A stretch of 64,000 nucleotides of DNA from Eledone cirrhosa (taxonomy: Eukaryota). The DNA is taken from the NCBI GenBank assembly GCA_964016885.1, contig CAXHJY010000898.1:248001-312000 (forward strand). The letters are read 5' to 3'. Positions 62,150-64,000 of this stretch are shown here, piece by piece (position 1 is the stretch's first letter; every line of letters begins with the position of its first letter). The notes below the pieces were generated by a model. That model was not told the origin of the DNA. It did not search any database and saw only the letters and a list, made by a program, of their open reading frames with translations. A program made the translations under genes and the position numbers.

Positions 62150-64000
62150 ATAGCTTAGCTTAGGATAGCTTAGGATAGCTTAGCTTAGCTTAGCTTAGGA
62201 TAGCTTAGCTTAGCTTAGCTTAGGATAGCTTAGCTTAGGTTAGCTTAGCTTAGCTTAGCTTAGGATAGCTTAGCTTAGGATAGCTTAGGATAGCTTAGCT
62301 TAGGATAGCTTAGCTTAGGATAGCTTAGGATAGCTTAGCTTAGGATAGCTTAGAATAGCTTAGCTTAGGATAGCTTAGCTTAGGATAGCTTAGGATAGCT
62401 TAGCTTAGCTTAGCTTAGGATAGCTTAGCTTAGCTTAGCTTAGGATAGCTTAGCTTAGCTTAGCATAGGATAGCTTAGCTTAGCTTAGCTTAGGATAGCT
62501 TAGGATAGCTTAGCTTAGGATAGCTTAGGATAGCTTAGGATAGCTTAGCTTAGCTTAGCTTAGGATAGCTTAGCTTAGCTTAGCTTAGGATAGCTTAGCT
62601 TAGCTTAGCTTAGGATAGCTTAGCTTAGCTTAGGATAGCTTAGCTTAGCTTAGCTTAGTATAGCTTAGCTTAGCTTAGCTTAGGATAGCTTAGCTTAGCT
62701 TAGGATAGCTTAGCTTAGCTTAGGATAGCTTAGCTTAGCTTAGCTTAGGATAGCTTAGCTTAGCTTAGCTTAGGATAGCTTAGCTTAGCTTAGCTTAGGA
62801 TAGCTTAGCTTAGCTTAGCTTAGGATAGCTTAGCTTAGCTTAGCTTAGGATAGCTTAGCTTAGCTTAGCTTAGGATAGCTTAGCTTAGCTTAGCTTAGGA
62901 TAGATTAGCTTAGCTTAGGATAGCTTAGCTTAGCTTAGCTTAGGAAAGCTTAGCTTAGCTTAGGATAGCTTAGCTTAGCTTAGCTTAGGAGAGCTTAGCT
63001 TAGCTTAGGATAGCTTAGCTTAGCTTAGCTTAGGATAGCTTAGCTTAGCTTAGCTTAGGTAGCTTAGCTTAGCTTAGCTTAGGATAGCTTAGCTTAGCTT
63101 AGCTTAGGATAGCTTAGGATAGCTTAGCTTAGGATAGCTTAGGATAGCTTACCTTAGGAGAGCTTAGCTTAGGATAGCTTAGCTTAGGATAGCTTAGGAT
63201 AGCTTAGCTTAGGATAGCTTAGCTTAGGATAGCTTAGCTTAGGATAGCTTAGGATAGCTTAGCTTAGCTTAGCTTAGGATAGCTTAGCTTAGCTTAGCTT
63301 AGGATAGCTTAGCTTAGGTTAGCTTAGCTTAGCTTAGCTTAGGATAGCTTAGGATAGCTTAGCTTAGGATAGCTTAGGATAGCTTAGCTTAGGATAGCTT
63401 AGGATAGCTTAGCTTAGGATAGCTTAGCTTAGGATAGCTTAGGATTGCTTAGCTTAGGATAGCTTAGGATAGCTTAGCTTAGGATCGCTTAGGATAGCTT
63501 AGCTTAGCTTAGCTTAGGATAGCTTAGCTTAGCTTAGCTTAGGATAGCTTAGCTTAGCTTAGCTTAGGATAGCTTAGCTTAGCTTAGCTTAGGATAGCTT
63601 AGGATAGCTTAGCTTAGGATAGCTTAGGATAGCTTAGCTTAGGATAGCTTAGCTTAGGATAGCTTAGCTTAGGATAGCTTAGGATAGCTTAGCTTAGGAT
63701 AGCTTAGGATAGCTTAGCTTAGGATAGCTTAGCTTAGGATAGCTTAGCTTAGGATAGCTTAGGATAGCTTAGCTTAGCTTAGCTTAGGATAGCTTAGCTT
63801 AGCTTAGCTTAGGATAGCTTAGCTTAGCTTAGCTTAGGATAGCTTAGCTTAGCTTAGCTTAGGATAGCTTAGGATAGCTTAGCTTAGGATAGCTTAGGAT
63901 AGCTTAGCTTAGGTTAGCTTAGGATAGCTTAGCTTAGGATAGATTAGCTTAGGATAGCTTAGCTTAGGATAGCTTAGGATAGCTTAGCTTAGGATAGCTT
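62150..64000 (+). repeat. Long-range copy of approximately 2400-4280 (offset 59748, then 59723)
   Basis: AATAG 2606/62354, GTAG 3311/63059, GATTG 3695/63443 and GATCG 3735/63483 (59748); GTTAG 4190/63913 and ATTAG 4220/63943 (59723). Confidence 0.87.

Larger units (their letters stand above)
1..64000 (+). repeat. Compound pentameric satellite array (CTTAG)n-GATAG, n mostly 1-4; runs off both window ends
   Basis: Every line parses into CTTAG and GATAG units plus rare variants (GAAAG, GAGAG, GTTAG, CTTGG, TTTAG, ATTAG, CATAG, CTTAC, CTTAA, GACAG, GATCG, TATAG, AATAG, CTCAG, GTAG). No inversion to (CTAAG)n and no non-repeat sequence seen. Confidence 0.99.

Noticed and set aside
1-64000. Protein-coding ORF on either strand
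   Set aside because: TAG ends almost every unit on +, closing each frame about every 15 bp. Every CTAAG on - carries TAA. Only very short open stretches are possible.
1-64000. CRISPR array or other repeat-spacer system
   Set aside because: There are no unique spacers, leader or adjacent genes; the intervals between GATAGs are only CTTAG runs.
1-64000. CTTAG/GATAG order as an information-bearing binary code or synthetic construct
   Set aside because: The pattern is explained by nested duplication, unit slippage and inherited point variants. Nothing in the sequence indicates a reader or a designed encoding.
1-64000. GATA (Bkm-type) repeat or a GATA-factor site array
   Set aside because: GATA is never tandem, and the context is GGATAG rather than the WGATAR consensus.
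1-64000. Assignment to a named satellite family, species or a centromere
   Set aside because: I do not recognise the family with confidence and cannot run a search; there is no flanking unique sequence or chromatin data.

Overview
The whole 64 kb window is one uninterrupted, single-orientation compound pentamer satellite. It consists of CTTAG units punctuated by single GATAG units, i.e. (CTTAG)1-4 GATAG, about 40% GC. I found no genes, RNA genes, mobile elements, CRISPR array or unique sequence, and no evidence of a new gene-encoded system. The host cannot be identified from the sequence; the format is typical of eukaryotic heterochromatic, centromeric or subtelomeric satellite (inference). 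The structure is hierarchical: 5-bp units, then two interconvertible 25-bp phrases, then recurring cassettes of rare variant pentamers, then tandem duplications of about 0.28, 0.75, 1.6, 2.1, 2.2, 3.1, 3.5 and 3.8 kb, then long-range copies offset by about 17.5, 19.7, 20.9 and 58.5-60.5 kb. All 18 shifts of the 5-bp register are the same 1-bp deletion (4-bp unit GTAG) and appear to descend from about two mutations. All offsets were read by eye from marker variants, so block boundaries are approximate.
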